A DNA stretch of 63,891 nt, counting the filler. It is 16 parts of 16 records of this genome, joined end to end, with 100 filler letters (N's around TTAATTAATTAA, not from the genome) between each part and the next. Parts side by side here need not be neighbours in the genome. Positions count along the whole stretch, not along the records: positions 1 to 3,399 come from SRR7504441_15967; positions 3,500 to 7,104 come from SRR7504441_15973; positions 7,205 to 10,444 come from SRR7504441_15982; positions 10,545 to 13,799 come from SRR7504441_15993; 12 more parts are not named here. One strand, given 5' to 3'. The notes under the pieces were generated by a model. It saw only the letters and a program-made list of their open reading frames with translations, did not search any database and was not told where the DNA came from. Position numbers and translations under genes: made by a program. This document shows positions 1 to 13,899 of this stretch, piece after piece. Each line of letters starts with the position of its first letter. Within the stretch, counting starts at the first letter, position 1.

Positions 1-1082
<1,082 letters not shown>

Positions 1083-1320
1083 TTTCAAGGGCTTCAGTTA
1101 CTATTTCATTAATTAACAGGGACGAGCCGCCGGCAGCTGCACCGTAGTTCGCGCGGAGAGTCCCGACCAGAAATCAACGGGCACCCACCTCATGGCCTAC
1201 TCAGGGTCCACCTCCCAACAGCAAATTAATTTAGAAAGCCACATTATAAGAGTCTATTCGGCTACTCATTCAAATCATGATTGCAACAAAGAAACCGATC
1301 ACAGCCCAGGCATCTAGCAG

Positions 1321-2068
1321 CTAATCGTACCCTACCAGCTCCACCTCGAACACCAGCGTGGCGTTGGGCGGGATCTTGGCCTCTGGGTAGCCTTTCTTGC
1401 CATACGCCCACTCCGGGTCTATCGTGATCTGCGCCTGCTCACCTATCGACATCGTGAGCAGAGCCTCGTCCCAGCCCTTGATCACTTTGCCCATCCCCAC
1501 CTTGAACGACAGCGGCTGCGACTTTTTGCCCGGCTGTTTCTGGTCAAATATGGTCCCGTCCTCCAATCGGCCGATATAGTAGCACTTGACCGTGTTACCT
1601 TTCTTCGGGATAGAGTCCTTGCCCCGGCCCTTCTTCAGCACCTTCTTCTTGTACAGCTTCTCCTTGGGCTTCTTCTTCTTCTTCTGCTCCCCGTCCTCCC
1701 CGGCCGCCGCCTCCTCCGCCGGCGCGGCCGCCTGCTCCGTGCAGTTGGCCTGCTCCGGCCCGGCCAGCATCTCCGCATATCCGGCCAGCGCAAGCTCTTT
1801 GGGCAGCTTCTTGATCGCCGAACGGTTGATCTTGTGCTTCAGTCGGAGCGGCTCCGGCATCACCTGGCGCCCGGTCAAGCCTGGCGGGGGCGGGCCGCAC
1901 CTCGAGCATGTACTCGATCAGCTCCCGCTTGGTGAGCTCGGGCTCCCGCGCTTGCTCCAGGGTCCACTTGTACCCCAGCCCGCACCCCGCCTCCAGCTCG
2001 CCGGCCAGCCCCTCCACTCCGGCCGCCGGAGCCTCCACGGCTGCCTCAGCTGGTGCACCAGACGACAT
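1321..2068 (-). CDS. FKBP3: FKBP25-type peptidyl-prolyl isomerase (N-terminal BTHB-like domain plus FKBP domain)
   Basis: Exons 2068-1901 and 1863-1321, 37-nt GT-AG intron 1864-1900. N-terminal WTLEQAREPELTKRELIEYMLE resembles the FKBP25 basic helical domain. C-terminal PLSFKVGMGKVIKGWDEALLTMS...PEWAYGKKG...IPPNATLVFEVELV. Confidence 0.85.
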
Positions 2069-2157
2069 GCTCTGCTGCTGTGCTCGGGCCTGAAGGGGCT
2101 GCGCTGCCGTTACGAAGCCGTTATCCAGGGAAGGGCAGGCCGCCGCGTTCTGTGGAG

Positions 2158-3201
2158 ATGAGCACCAGCGTGATGAGGCGAAGAGCGCAAGGAGGAGGAA
2201 ACGAGCCATTGAGCACAACCCGCGACTGGCGGGGGAAGGGCGAGGTGCCGCTGGCCCAGGTGGACAACCAGAAGGTAGCCGGGCTCCGGCGCACCCAGTC
2301 GAAGCCCCCCACTTCGAACGTTGCCCCCGGGTTCACCGGCTGGCGATGGCAAGAGGAACTGGAGGAGCTGGAGCGCCGGCTCGCCGTCAAGAACGCCGAG
2401 CTCTACGCGCTGCAGGAGACGATGCTCGGCTCGCCGCGGAGCTCCCGGACTAACCTGAAGGAGCGGGCCAAGCGGCTCGACGCGGAGGTCGCCGAACTCC
2501 AGGCCGCGCACCGGCACCACACGACCAACAAGCCCAACCTGGGCCGGGGGGCCAGCGACATTGATCTGTACCTGGCGGCCCAGTTCGGGCACGATCGATC
2601 GATACAGGCGCTAATCGAATGCGGCGTGGACGTGAACAAGGCCACCGAGAACGGCAGGACCGCGCTGCACTGGGCAGCGCAGTATGGGCACGCCAGCATC
2701 GTCCAAAACCTGCTCGCGGCCGACGCCGATCCGAACCGGGCCGACAGCTACGGCCGGACGCCATTCTACTGGGCGGCAAGGTATGGGCACGAGGATGCTG
2801 TTGCGGTGCTGCTGGGCGCGCCTGGGGTAGACGTGAATAAGGCAAACAAGAGGGGCTGGACTCCTCTACACAACGCGGCGAGGTACGGGCACGAATCGAT
2901 CTTCGAGGCGCTGCTCGACGCCAACGCCGACCCTAACCACACCGACATGTACGGACAGACTCCTCTGCACTGGGGAGCTTACAACACTCCACTAAGTTTT
3001 GCGGCGCACCAAGGACAGAGCAATGCAGTATCGGCGCTGCTGGCTTCGGGGGCTGACCCGGGCCGGCTGGACACGCTGGGCCGGACCCCACAGCGGTGGG
3101 CGACTCAGCACGGCGGGCGTACCAACCGGGTCACAGAGATGCTGTACAATGCGGAGCTCGAGGGAAGCAGGCTTTCGGAGAGAGACGAGTTTGAATATTG
3201 A
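2158..3201 (+). CDS. Ankyrin-repeat protein with N-terminal coiled coil
   Basis: Intronless ORF with about 6 ankyrin repeats (GRTALHWAAQYGH, GRTPFYWAARYGH, GWTPLHNAARYGH, GQTPLHWGA, NTPLSFAAHQG). Confidence 0.9.
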   Translation: MSTSVMRRRAQGGGNEPLSTTRDWRGKGEVPLAQVDNQKVAGLRRTQSKPPTSNVAPGFTGWRWQEELEELERRLAVKNAELYALQETMLGSPRSSRTNLKERAKRLDAEVAELQAAHRHHTTNKPNLGRGASDIDLYLAAQFGHDRSIQALIECGVDVNKATENGRTALHWAAQYGHASIVQNLLAADADPNRADSYGRTPFYWAARYGHEDAVAVLLGAPGVDVNKANKRGWTPLHNAARYGHESIFEALLDANADPNHTDMYGQTPLHWGAYNTPLSFAAHQGQSNAVSALLASGADPGRLDTLGRTPQRWATQHGGRTNRVTEMLYNAELEGSRLSERDEFEY

Positions 3202-3399
3202 TTATTGAGACACAACGCGGGCCGTTACCCGTTTGAATGCGAGGCGAGGCATTGTCGTAGACCAGGAACCCATCGAAATGGCCAATCGGATCGCTTGTAC
3301 GAGTACGTACGTACCAGTATGCCTTTACCGTGATAACGCGATTGGGGAGAACCGTTAAATGGCGAAAGCGTCTAAGAATGCGTATTGGGATGCGCGAGT

Positions 3400-3499
3400 N
3401 NNNNNNNNNNNNNNNNNNNNNNNNNNNNNNNNNNNNNNNNNNNTTAATTAATTAANNNNNNNNNNNNNNNNNNNNNNNNNNNNNNNNNNNNNNNNNNNN
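3400..3499. other. Artificial contig spacer N44-TTAATTAATTAA-N44 (first of 15)
   Basis: Identical 100-nt spacers at 3400, 7105, 10445, 13800, 20572, 23931, 27411, 31104, 34665, 41060, 44978, 50293, 53696, 57057 and 60206. The 12-mer gives stop codons in all six frames. Confidence 0.99.
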
Positions 3500-3508
3500 A
3501 GCAGAGGA

Positions 3509-6500
3509 ATGGTCCAGCCGCCGGAGGAGGAGGCGGATCAGCCGGATCGGCTCGGGATCTCGTCCAGCGAGCGCACCTCGGCGATCGAAAGGCTCCGGCA
3601 CAAGCTCATCTCGCGCTCCTCGTCCAAGAGCCCTACCCCGGCCCGGTCGGACCACAGCACCGCCCGGCTACAGAACGCCATGCGCAACCTGAGCAACCAG
3701 CTCCAGCCCCGGCCAACCCGCGCCCCCACCCGGTATCTGTCGGTGGACCTTGTGGACCTCCAGCTAGAGCCGGTGCCGACCGATCGGCTGCCCGAGCGGA
3801 AGATCCAACGCCGGCCACACAGCCCACCTGCCCGAGGGCGAGCCGGGCCCCCAAGCAAGACCACCAGCACCATCCGGGCGGCCGTGCTGCAGCGCTCAGC
3901 CACTCCGACTGATCGTGCCCTCCGCCAGCCGAGCAAGCGGCCGCAGAAAGGTGCCCGAGCCGCCGCGACCGGCTGACGGTGTGCGCAGCTCGGAGCGCGA
4001 GCGCACCCAAGAGCCGAGTATACCTGGCGGTGGACGCGACCCGCGGTGCGCTTGAATGACTGGCCGGCGGGAGGGCCGGGACAGGGGCGGCCGCGTTGAA
4101 GCGGGAAAGGCGGGTGCAGACGAAGAAACAGCTGGAGAGGCAGCGGAAGCAGAATGAGGCAAAGGCCGCCGGGCAGCGGCGGCTGGAGGCCAACCGGCAC
4201 TTTGCGCAGCTCACCCGGATGCGGGCGCGCAAGCAGCGGCACGTGGCCCGGCCTGAGCCGCCAAAGGTCTACTTCTCTCTCTCAGGGAGCTGGAGGATTG
4301 AGCCGCAGTGCAGGCGACTGAGCGAGCGGAGGAGGAACCAGCGCCGGACGGCCTTTGGTGGGACGACGAGGCGATCGACCAGGCGTTAGATAGCCCTGCC
4401 CGCGCCGGGGCCGGCAAGCCTCCCAAACCACCGGCACCGAGGGCGCCCAGCCCAGCTGCAGCCTCGCCAGTTGCCCACAGCCCTAAGTTTGAGGAGGCGG
4501 CCGCGGAAGGCCAGGGCTCGTGGGCGCTGGGCGTGTCAGTGATGCGAGCCACTGGGGTGCCGGGCAAGCCGGGCCGGGTCAGCTGCCAAGTCTCACTCGC
4601 TGGCCAAACTTTTAAAACTGGCGCTACTGCAGTCACTCCGGTGCGTGCCACCGCCGCGGCCGCTGATTGAGGCCAGGGCCGGGATGCTGGCTGGAAGGAG
4701 TCGTTTCGGTTCTCCGGCATCCTGCCGGACCAGCAGTTGAATGTCAGCTTAGCCGGCCCGACAGGACAGGCCGTCTCCCCGGAGTCCTCGCTGTCGCTCT
4801 CGGGGTTGGTGTGTGGTAAGCCGCAAGAAATCTGGCACACAGTTGGGACCAGCAAAATCTGCCTGCACCTGCTGTTGGTCGGGCCACTGCCGGATTTGGA
4901 GGTGGAGCTGGTTGGCTGCTCCGGGGGCTCGGTCGGCTGCAGCCTGCAGTGTGTAATCAGTGTTGGCGTCGACCGGCGTAAGAGCAAATGGCGGCCGGTG
5001 CGCGGCCCAGCGCCGGTGGAATGCGTCTGGCAGGAGGCGTTTAGCTTCGAGCAGGCACTCTAGTGCCATGTTTGCCGGTTGATTGGGCTCGGAAGGTGGA
5101 CTGTGGCCAGCAGCTTTGCCTGTCTGTTTACAGCATCCAGGTGCAGTGTGAGCCAGGCTGACTCACTGAGCCGGGGCCAGGCCGGGACAGAGGGCCGCTG
5201 CGACGCCGAGGGGCAGCAGGTGGTGGGCCGGGGCAGGGTGCGGCTGGCCCAGTTTGAGGACGGCCAGTCACGGCCGGTGGAGATCTCGCTCGCTGGCGGG
5301 AGCGGGACTATTAGCTTGAAGGGCCATCTGCTCAATACTGGGCACAAACTAGTTCGGGAGCAGTTGGAAACGCGACGGGAGGTGGCGTTGTCGTCGATGG
5401 GCCAGCTGCTGTCACCCCGGGGCGAGGACTACCTGAGTGACGAGTTTGATAGCTACCAACAGGACGGGATGCACGTTGAGGAGAAGGAGCTGGAAAGAGC
5501 TGCCAGCCCTCAGCCCGAGCAGTCTGGCACCTTCGCGGAAGCAGAGGCGGCGCTCAAAGGGGCCAACGAAGTGCTGGCCGCCTCGCGAAAGGGAGCGGCC
5601 AAGGCTATTACTAGGCAGCGCGAGGCGGCTGCCAAGTTGGAGGCGGCTCGGAGGGAACTCAAGGTGGCGTTGTCATCCGATGAGGAGCAGGCTGTGGCGC
5701 GGGCTCAGCAGGCCGTGGGACTGGCCGAGGCAGAGCAGCTGGAGACTTCCAAGGCAGTGCACAGCTTTCAGCAGGCCGAGATGGCGCTGCAGGAAGCCAA
5801 AATGATGCTCGAGGCTTCCAAGCAGGGCACGGTAAAAACTGTTTTCGATAAGCCTACCGTTGCGCCAGTGCCAGCAGCGCCTGTCCCCCAGATACCGAGG
5901 AGCCGGAGCAGCACTCCAGTCGCCGCGAGCTTGCCGCGCAGCCTCACTCCGGTGAGGTTCGCCAGCCAGCAGAGAAGCGCGTCGCCAAACCAGTCGATTG
6001 GACCGATCACCGGTGGCGCAAGGCCGGCACGGAGTGTCACGCCGGTCCGTTCAGCAGACGAGCAGATACACACGGAAGGCGCCATCAGGGAGATCGAGAG
6101 CCTGGTCCAGATGATGGACACCTGCGGCGACGGCCAGGTGCTCAGCGCTCTGCTGCGGAGCCTGAGGGCTGGCTTAGGTCGACTGTGTGGCGTTAGAAGC
6201 CACAATGCGCAAGTTGCGGCAGCAGGGGCCCAAAGGCCAGCTGCTTGTGAGCCGGCTGCAGAGCCAGATATCAGCTCGGCGCATGCCGCTCAAGCAACTG
6301 TATTGGTCGCTGGGCGGCAAAGACGGCACCATCTCCGGGTTTGATTTCCGCTGCAATCTGCCCGAGCTGTTCCCAGGCGCGTCCCCCGCTAGCCTGCGTG
6401 CTCAGAGGCGCCACAGGGGTGTTCAGCAGCTCGGAGGTGGCGCAGCTCTTCAAAGCGATCGACGTCCGGGGGGCGGACGCCATCGAGCTGCTTGAGCTTG

Positions 6501-7104
6501 AGCAAGCGTTGGGACCGCCGCTGAGCGTGCAGCATCAGAATCGGGACAAGGCTGCGATGGCGCTCAGCTGCATGCTGGAGGGCGAGATGCGGCGGCAGCA
6601 AGCCACAGTCAAGACGCTGTTCAATGTACGGCTGGCAGCCGACCCGGCTGATCTGTTGCTGCTGGCAGGACATCGAACAGGACGCCAATGGCCGAGTGTC
6701 GACGCAGGAGCTGAGCAGAGCGTTCAAGGGCATGCTGCAAGCTGGAGTTTCGAGCCCAGCCCTGCCGACCTCATCGCATAGCCGGAGCGGCACCAGAAGC
6801 CCTGAAGGCCATAGTTGGCGCAGCGCGACACCGTCGCAGGAGCCGGCGGAATTGATGCGATTTGCCAGGAGAAATCTAATTTCCCAGCCGAGATCTGGCG
6901 GACCCAGCACCACCCAGCCTCAGATGGGCAAGCCGAAGCCGCTTCTGAAACATTCGGAGAGCGGGCAAGGCAAGCCGCATATGCGGTTCATTAGCCACCG
7001 CCCTGAGACCGGTGTGCTGCAAGGCAGTGGGCGGACTGAGGGTGTGCAGGCGAGCTCTGGTGGGGGTCCAATCCAAACTCGATCAAGCCGCAGGGCAGAC
7101 TTTT
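3509..7104 (+). CDS. Large multi-exon protein with two C2-like domains, coiled coil and EF-hand-like motifs (3' end open)
   Basis: C2-like segments WALGVSVMRATGVPGK...WKESFRF and LEVELVGCSG...VWQEAFSFEQ. Ala/Glu coiled coil at about 5530-5830. EF-like loops in LFKAIDVRGADAIELLEL and DIEQDANGRVSTQEL. Several short introns, e.g. GC-AG 6377-6416. Exact exon structure is partly uncertain. Confidence 0.6.
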
Positions 7105-7204
7105 NNNNNNNNNNNNNNNNNNNNNNNNNNNNNNNNNNNNNNNNNNNNTTAATTAATTAANNNNNNNNNNNNNNNNNNNNNNNNNNNNNNNNNNNNNNNN
7201 NNNN

Positions 7205-10200
7205 TAGCATGAAGTCCACTGAGGCTAGACTGGCCGACGCGAGATCTGGTGCTGGCCAGTGCAGCCAACCTGGTGAGCAGTTGAATCAGAAATCAGCGAC
7301 TGATTGCTTGTGTTTCAACGTGCAGGAAATCCCCGCTCTCAGCCAGGGAACTTTTCTCAGCAGAACCATAGGCAGCAGGAGAATCCGACACAGCGGTGAC
7401 TGTCAGCCTGAATTAGTCCTTGAATCAATTTCCCTCAATCAGCCTTTGCGCCCAAGCTGCCTCAAACTTATGATTGTTGAGAGCCTCGGTCTGGCAGGGA
7501 ATCGTTTGGGGCTTGGCACGGCTCGCAGCAGGGAGCGTCTAATGGCTATGCGGCCCGGTCCAGCTTTAGCCCGGAGCCGCACTACTCACAGCTCAATTCG
7601 CACCAGCAGCCGGAGCCAGTCAGGTCTTGCTTGCTGCCCTCACGCCACCCGAGTCCGATGCAGGGCTCAACCCGAGTATCGCCCAGATTTTACGCGCGGC
7701 TCCAGGCAGAACCCGCAGCCTGTCGAGACTGTGCGAGTGCCGGCTCCGAGCAGGATCGACTGCCAGGTGGTGAGGGCTAGGGTTAGCTTGGAGCAGCACT
7801 GCCTGCGCTGTGAGTCACGGTCAGGCTGATCCACTGCTTGTTGCAGGGGCGGATCACAGGCCCTGCGCCTCGACTGCCTGATGGGGCTGAGAAAGACTTG
7901 GATCTCTGCCTCAAAGAGAACTTTGGGATCCACCGCGGGTTTAGGACGAACCAGCGGGAAGCGATCCGGGCGAGCATGGCTGGGTTTGACACCTTTGTGC
8001 TGATGCCAACAGGAGGCGGGAAGAGCCTGTGCTACCAGCTTCCCGCAGCTCTGTGCTCTGAGCAAGGACTCACTGTTGTGATTTCTCCTCTGCTCTCTCT
8101 GATCAATGATCAAATATCTCAGATCAGAATTAGTAACATCACAGTTGCAGAGCAAATCACTAGTGGCATGGGCGGCGACCATATCAGAGACATCTACAGC
8201 AAAATACATAAGCCAAATTGCAGCGACATTCGATTGCTGTACTTGACCCCTGAAAAGGTAGGCTGCCCGCAGTCCTGCGAGATGAGATGTGTGGTGGCAG
8301 ATCAGCGGGGTTGGCTGCAAGCTAATGGAACATCTGGAGGGCATCCACCGTGAGAACAGGCTCTCACGCTTCGTGATTGACGAAGCCCACTGTGTGAGCC
8401 AATGGGGTCACGACTTTAGACCGGCATATCGCCAGCTGGGAGTGCTCAAGGAGAAATTTCCTGATGTTCCTGTGATGGCTTTGACTGCGACTGCTACTCC
8501 AGAGGTGCGGGACGATATTATCCGGCAGCTTAAGTTGCCACGGGGCCATACTGGTCCTCCCGGGCGATGTCACACCATGTTAATCCAGAGCTTCAACAGA
8601 ACCAACCTCAACTATGAGCTTAGGAAGAAGGAGAAGAAGAAATGCGTGCAGGACATTAAAGCGATGATTGAGCAGCGATACGCCAAAAAGCCTGGCATCA
8701 TTTACTGCCTGTCGACTAATGAGGTGGATGATCTTGCAGCAAAGCTGAACCAAGAGTTCAAGTCGACGACCAAGTTCCAACCATACCACGCCAAGCTGCC
8801 AGTCAAACAGAAAGAGCAAGTGTACAGCGATTGGACTTCGTACAAGACTGATGTCATTGTGGCAACCATTGCATTTGGCATGGGCATAAACAAGCCGGAT
8901 GTTCGGTTTGTGATTCACTACTGCATGCCAAAGACGCTCGAAGGGTATTTCCAGGAGACAGGCCGGGCGGGCAGAGACGGGATGGCTGCGGACTGTATTT
9001 TGTATTATTCATATGCCGACAAAGCAAGGCTCGAAAACATGATCAACAAGTCTGACTATCCATCTTGGCAGACCAAGAAGCACAATAAGGACATGCTCTA
9101 TAGAATGGTCGCTTTCTGTGAGAACGTCACCGACTGCCGCCGGAAGCTTGTCCTGCGACACTTTGGAGAAGACTTTGACGAGAAGCAATGCAATGCGAAG
9201 TGCGACAACTGCAGGAATGAAAATGCTGTTGTCGAGATGGATGTGACAGCCATGGCCCAGCAGACTGTGCAAGCAGTGGACGAAATGAACTCCGCTTCAC
9301 AGCAGCCCTGCACCCTGAAGGATGTGGTTGATGTGGTGTGTGGCTCGACAAGCAAACGGGTCAAGGAGCGGGGCTGGCTGAATGTTTCACATCACGGTTT
9401 GAGCAAGCGCCATCAGCAGATGAACAGGAACAACGTCGAGAGGCTGGTCAAGCAACTGGTGCTAGAAAACTACCTTGAAGAGGTCGGAGAACTCAATGCG
9501 ATGGGGTTCTCCAATACCTTTATCAAGACACACCCCGATGACGGAGTTCGCAGGGCCCAGTCAGCCAGGCACACTCTCAAGATCAGGGGCAACCGACCTG
9601 CCAGACATAACGCCCCTGTGCTGCCAACCTCGGAGACCCAGAATTTAGTCTCACCCATTCGGCCAAGCCCCGCCCCTGCTAGCAAGCGCAAGCAGCCAAG
9701 TGTGCAGCGACAGGCACCGCAGCAGCAAATGCACGCACGACAGCAACAGCATCGGCACGTCTCACCTGCGCCACCCCCGCAACCTGGACCGCAGATATCC
9801 TCACAGGACGAGCAGATGATGGCAGAGCTGCACCAGAGACTGTTTGCCAAACGGGGCGTAATCTGCGATGACATAAACAGCGTTCGTAAACCAGGCGAGG
9901 GCGAAGCGAGCCTCCATTTCTTGTGTACAAACGACGAGCTGAGGAGGATGGCGCGGCATCTTCCCACACAGGAGGGCCACTATAATTTGATTGGGATCAG
10001 GATGGGCAAGGGTCGGATGACCACTTGCGGACAGAAGTTTTTGGACGAGATCAAGAACTTTTTGACAGAACGTGGATTAAACGAGGACCAGGTCCGAGTC
10101 CCCTTTGAGCAAGCTGAATTGAACGAAGCTGCTGTCGAGCTGGACGCATCACAGTGCATGGATCAAGAGGATTCAGACTTTGACGACTTCAATGACAATG

Positions 10201-10241
10201 ATTTTAGTGCCTATTCATACAAGAAGCATAGGGCCCACTAG
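7205..10241 (+). CDS. RecQ-family DNA helicase (BLM/Sgs1-like) with RQC Zn module and HRDC-like C-terminus (5' end uncertain)
   Basis: [21 protein letters not shown] (intron 8258-8300), [62 protein letters not shown]...CDNC. Another intron at 7810-7846. Confidence 0.95.
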
Positions 10242-10544
10242 GGATCACGACGCTTGCCTTACGCGAAGACGTGCACCGTGGAATCATCTGCATCTAGCTG
10301 ATTGATTGATTGATTAATCAACCCAGAGCGGCTAGTGCCTACCGGACCCTTGCTTGTAACTAGCTCCTAATGATAATTTTAGAACGTGAGCAGTGACTAG
10401 AACATTGAATAGATCGATAGAACTACTATTTACTGTCGTTCCGCNNNNNNNNNNNNNNNNNNNNNNNNNNNNNNNNNNNNNNNNNNNNTTAATTAATTAA
10501 NNNNNNNNNNNNNNNNNNNNNNNNNNNNNNNNNNNNNNNNNNNN

Positions 10545-12636
10545 TAGCCAGCGCGTGGCAATCTGTGGCTGAGAGCGGGGCCAGGACCAGTACAAGAGCG
10601 GCACTTCCGAAGTGTTCAGGAACACCGGCAACGGCAAATTCGTGAAATGGGCCGAGACCAAGCCCAAGCTGTCCACCTCGTGCTGGGGGATGGTCTGGGA
10701 TGACTTTGACTTGGATGGCGACCTGGATGCTTTCATGTCGCGCGGCGGGTACGAGGGCCGAGACAAGGGCGGGTACGCCCCGACGCTCCTGATGAACAAG
10801 CTGAAAGAGACGGGCAAGATGACGCTGACCTCGACGATGAAGCTGATGGCCGCTGTCAAGAATCCCAACCGGCGGCCAGATGGGAGCTTCCCCTGGGTGG
10901 ACGGGCTCATGATGGCAACGGCAAACGTCATGGAGTTGGCCAAGCAGGAGGCCCGTAAGGTGTTCCGACACAAGGAGGTACGCGACCAGATGCACCACAC
11001 CATCAGGGGGAACGTCTCGAGGATCATGGAGCTGGCTCTCCCACCCAGCGTGAGGATGGACCGGCTGGTCGACTTTTATGTTCGGCTCTGGAAGGCGCGG
11101 AGGATCAAGCCGACTACTGTCCAGCAGATGGAGACTAATCAGCGGTGCGTGGACTCATTCTGGAGCTACAAGCACATCTACTGGGGCGCGGCCACTGCCG
11201 ATTTTGACCAGGACGGCTGGCCGGATCTGATCGCCACCTCTTGCGAGCCGTTCAACAAGGCGATTCAAGGCGCACGGCCAGGGGAGAACAAGTGCACTCG
11301 GCCGTGGGTGGTCTGGAGGAATGTCAAAGGCCAGCTCAAGGACGTGAGCGCGGCTGTTATGCCGTACGACGTGGACATGGGGGAGCTCAAGGGACCGCTG
11401 TTTATTGATTACAACCGGGACGGCTGGCTGGACCTTTTGCTGCCAGGAGCCCCCACCAAGCTGTTCGTCAACACCAAGCACATGGCGGCCCCGGGCGGCC
11501 GGCGGTTTGTGCCGAGTACTGGGCTGAACTGGCAGTTTGAAGGAGCACCACAGCTGCAGGACAAGAACGCTACCGACCTGTGCAAGGACGGTTGGCTGGA
11601 CGCGAGCATGCGCGGCGTGAGCTGCTTTCAAGAAAACTTGGTGTTCGCGGCATGCAACGCCGACTTCAACCAAGACGGGCTGGACGATCTGCTGCTCGGT
11701 TACTGGAACTATCACGACTTGGTTATGCTTGGCCAGCCTGACGGGACCCTCCGGGCGCACCAAGTGATAGAGAAACGGAACGACGAAATCTCGGACCCGC
11801 GCACCTCGGCCTACACGCTCAAGGCTCATGAGAACACGATGGCGCTGGTCTGCGGCGACTTCACGTCTGACGGGTACCCTGACGCTGTTCTCGGGAGTGG
11901 GGCGCCCCTCTGGGGCTACTACGACATCCCGCTCTGCAATCAGGGCGCGGCGGCCGATGGTTCATGGGGAGGGCTCCGGCGGTGCGACCAGCACAGCACC
12001 GACGATCAAGGGGTGCTCCGGCGGGGTCACGGAGAGACGCGCACACACGGGATGGCGATGGGTGACTTGGACCAGGACGGCTCGATGGACGTTATTGTCT
12101 CCAATGGCGGGTTCGCGCTCGCTGACCAACAGCTGGCACCGGTGGCATTCCAGCAAGCCAAGATGGGCGCAATGCCCGAGATGGGTCTGGAGGAGTTGTC
12201 TCAGGACGCGGACCAGCTGCGCGAGGAGGCGGTGCAGATGGTGCTGGACCAGAACAACTGCTCGATGCACGCAATGCTCAAGGAGCGGCCCGATTGCGAC
12301 ACGCGCGAGACCACCGTGGTTTACTCTGCCGCACAACCCCCAGCCGACGCCAACATGGCTTACGTACGGCTCCAATGGCAACGAGGCGTCGGGCCAGTGG
12401 TGGGCGCCCGGCTGACGCTCACCGCCTCTGGTGGCCACACTCGGTACCACACTGTACCGTCAGCACAAGGGTTCCAGAGCCAAAATTCGCTTTGGTCGCC
12501 GTTGGCGCTTGGACCTCACAAGAGCGGCGCACTGCAGGTCAGCTGGCCGGGTGGCGGGGTGAGTGCGCACACGGTGACGGCGGGAGATAGAGTGGTAATC
12601 AAGCAGCCGACTGACGTGCAGCGGACCGACCTGTGA
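10545..12636 (+). CDS. FG-GAP repeat / ASPIC-UnbV (CRTAC1-like) protein, 5' truncated
   Basis: Six Ca-binding DxDxDGxxD loops (DFDLDGDLD, DFDQDGWPD, DYNRDGWLD, DFNQDGLDD, DFTSDGYPD, DLDQDGSMD). C-terminal VGARLTL...GFQSQNS...VSWPGG is typical of ASPIC/UnbV. Intronless. Confidence 0.85.
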
Positions 12637-12924
12637 TCTGTTTCACGTGATCTGCCTCAGTCTAGCCGTAGCATGCGTTGAAGGTTAGGGCTCACAAGAC
12701 ACATTCGAGATTGTGACATGTACCGTGATGATGGCAGTCATGCAATCAGATATCGGCAGCTGCTAGACAGCTGCACCGTGCATGTAATAAACCGCAATCC
12801 CTGAGGCAATCATTGATCTAGCGATTCATTTACTATTCATTCATGACTTGTAAGTTGTTTGTATTGGGGCGACAACTTGTCGTGCCATACGTAGAGACAG
12901 TGTGTTAGTTACAATTATGTACAT

Positions 12925-13799
12925 TTATTGGCCATCCTCGGAGTCATCGGAAGGCTTTTGGATCCTCACCCGGCGCGTTCTGTGGTCAATCACCTCTGTG
13001 GTTCCGTCCTCACGCCTTCGCTTGGCAAACCTCTCCAGGCACCTGCTCCCATCTGCAGCCTGCCGGATCCCCTCGGGTTGCAGCTCCAAGTCTCTCACCA
13101 GCCAGTCCTCGTCCCTATGCACCAGCACAGTACATCCCGTGTCCAGCCTCACTCGGTACGGGACTACCACTCCCTCGCGGCCCGACCCATCCACCTTATC
13201 ATCTACTGTCAGCACGCTCCCCGCGGCCCACACGCTCAGGTCGCCCGTGGCATCTTCTACAGCGCAGGTCACCCGGTCGCCTGGCCCAAACCTGCGCGCT
13301 GCAGGACGGCCGGCCCGTTGCTGAGGGAGGCAGGCCAGGCTGAACTCGAGCGCTGATTCGCGCTGACCAAAGCACAGCTCGGCGCGTATGCTAAAGCTGC
13401 TGTCCTGCGCAATCGAGACCATCCGGGGCTGGGGGCCGCCGTCGATTCTGACCACGTACGGCTGCTCCCTGAACGCATCAGCAGGGTCTGGCTGCTGCTG
13501 GTTGACCTCCTGGATCGCCCCCGGGGCCCAGAGCCCGCCGCCCAGCTGGCAGACCACCCTGTCCATCTTCTGGAACCGGCGGGTGGGCCCAGATTGCAGA
13601 TCCCCGGGGCTCTCCAGCTCCAGGATCATCCAGGCCACCCGCCGCCGGATGAAATTCAGGTCCTCGGGACCCAGCGCCGTCCGACCGGTCGAGGCAAGGC
13701 ACTCGAGCACTTCGCCAGCCACCGCGGCCAGGATCTGGTCGGCAGCGGGCGGGCTGAGCTGCTGCTCCTGGTCCACCCGCCCAATCCCGTCCAGCACCG
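12925..13799 (-). CDS. Hypothetical protein with two tandem SH3-like beta domains, 5' truncated
   Basis: Two copies of RF..xDRVxC...W..G.[IV]...PY.VR[IL]D.G (RFQKMDRVVCQ...PYVVRIDGG and RFGPGDRVTCA...PYRVRLDTG). Confidence 0.65.
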
Positions 13800-13899
13800 N
13801 NNNNNNNNNNNNNNNNNNNNNNNNNNNNNNNNNNNNNNNNNNNTTAATTAATTAANNNNNNNNNNNNNNNNNNNNNNNNNNNNNNNNNNNNNNNNNNNN

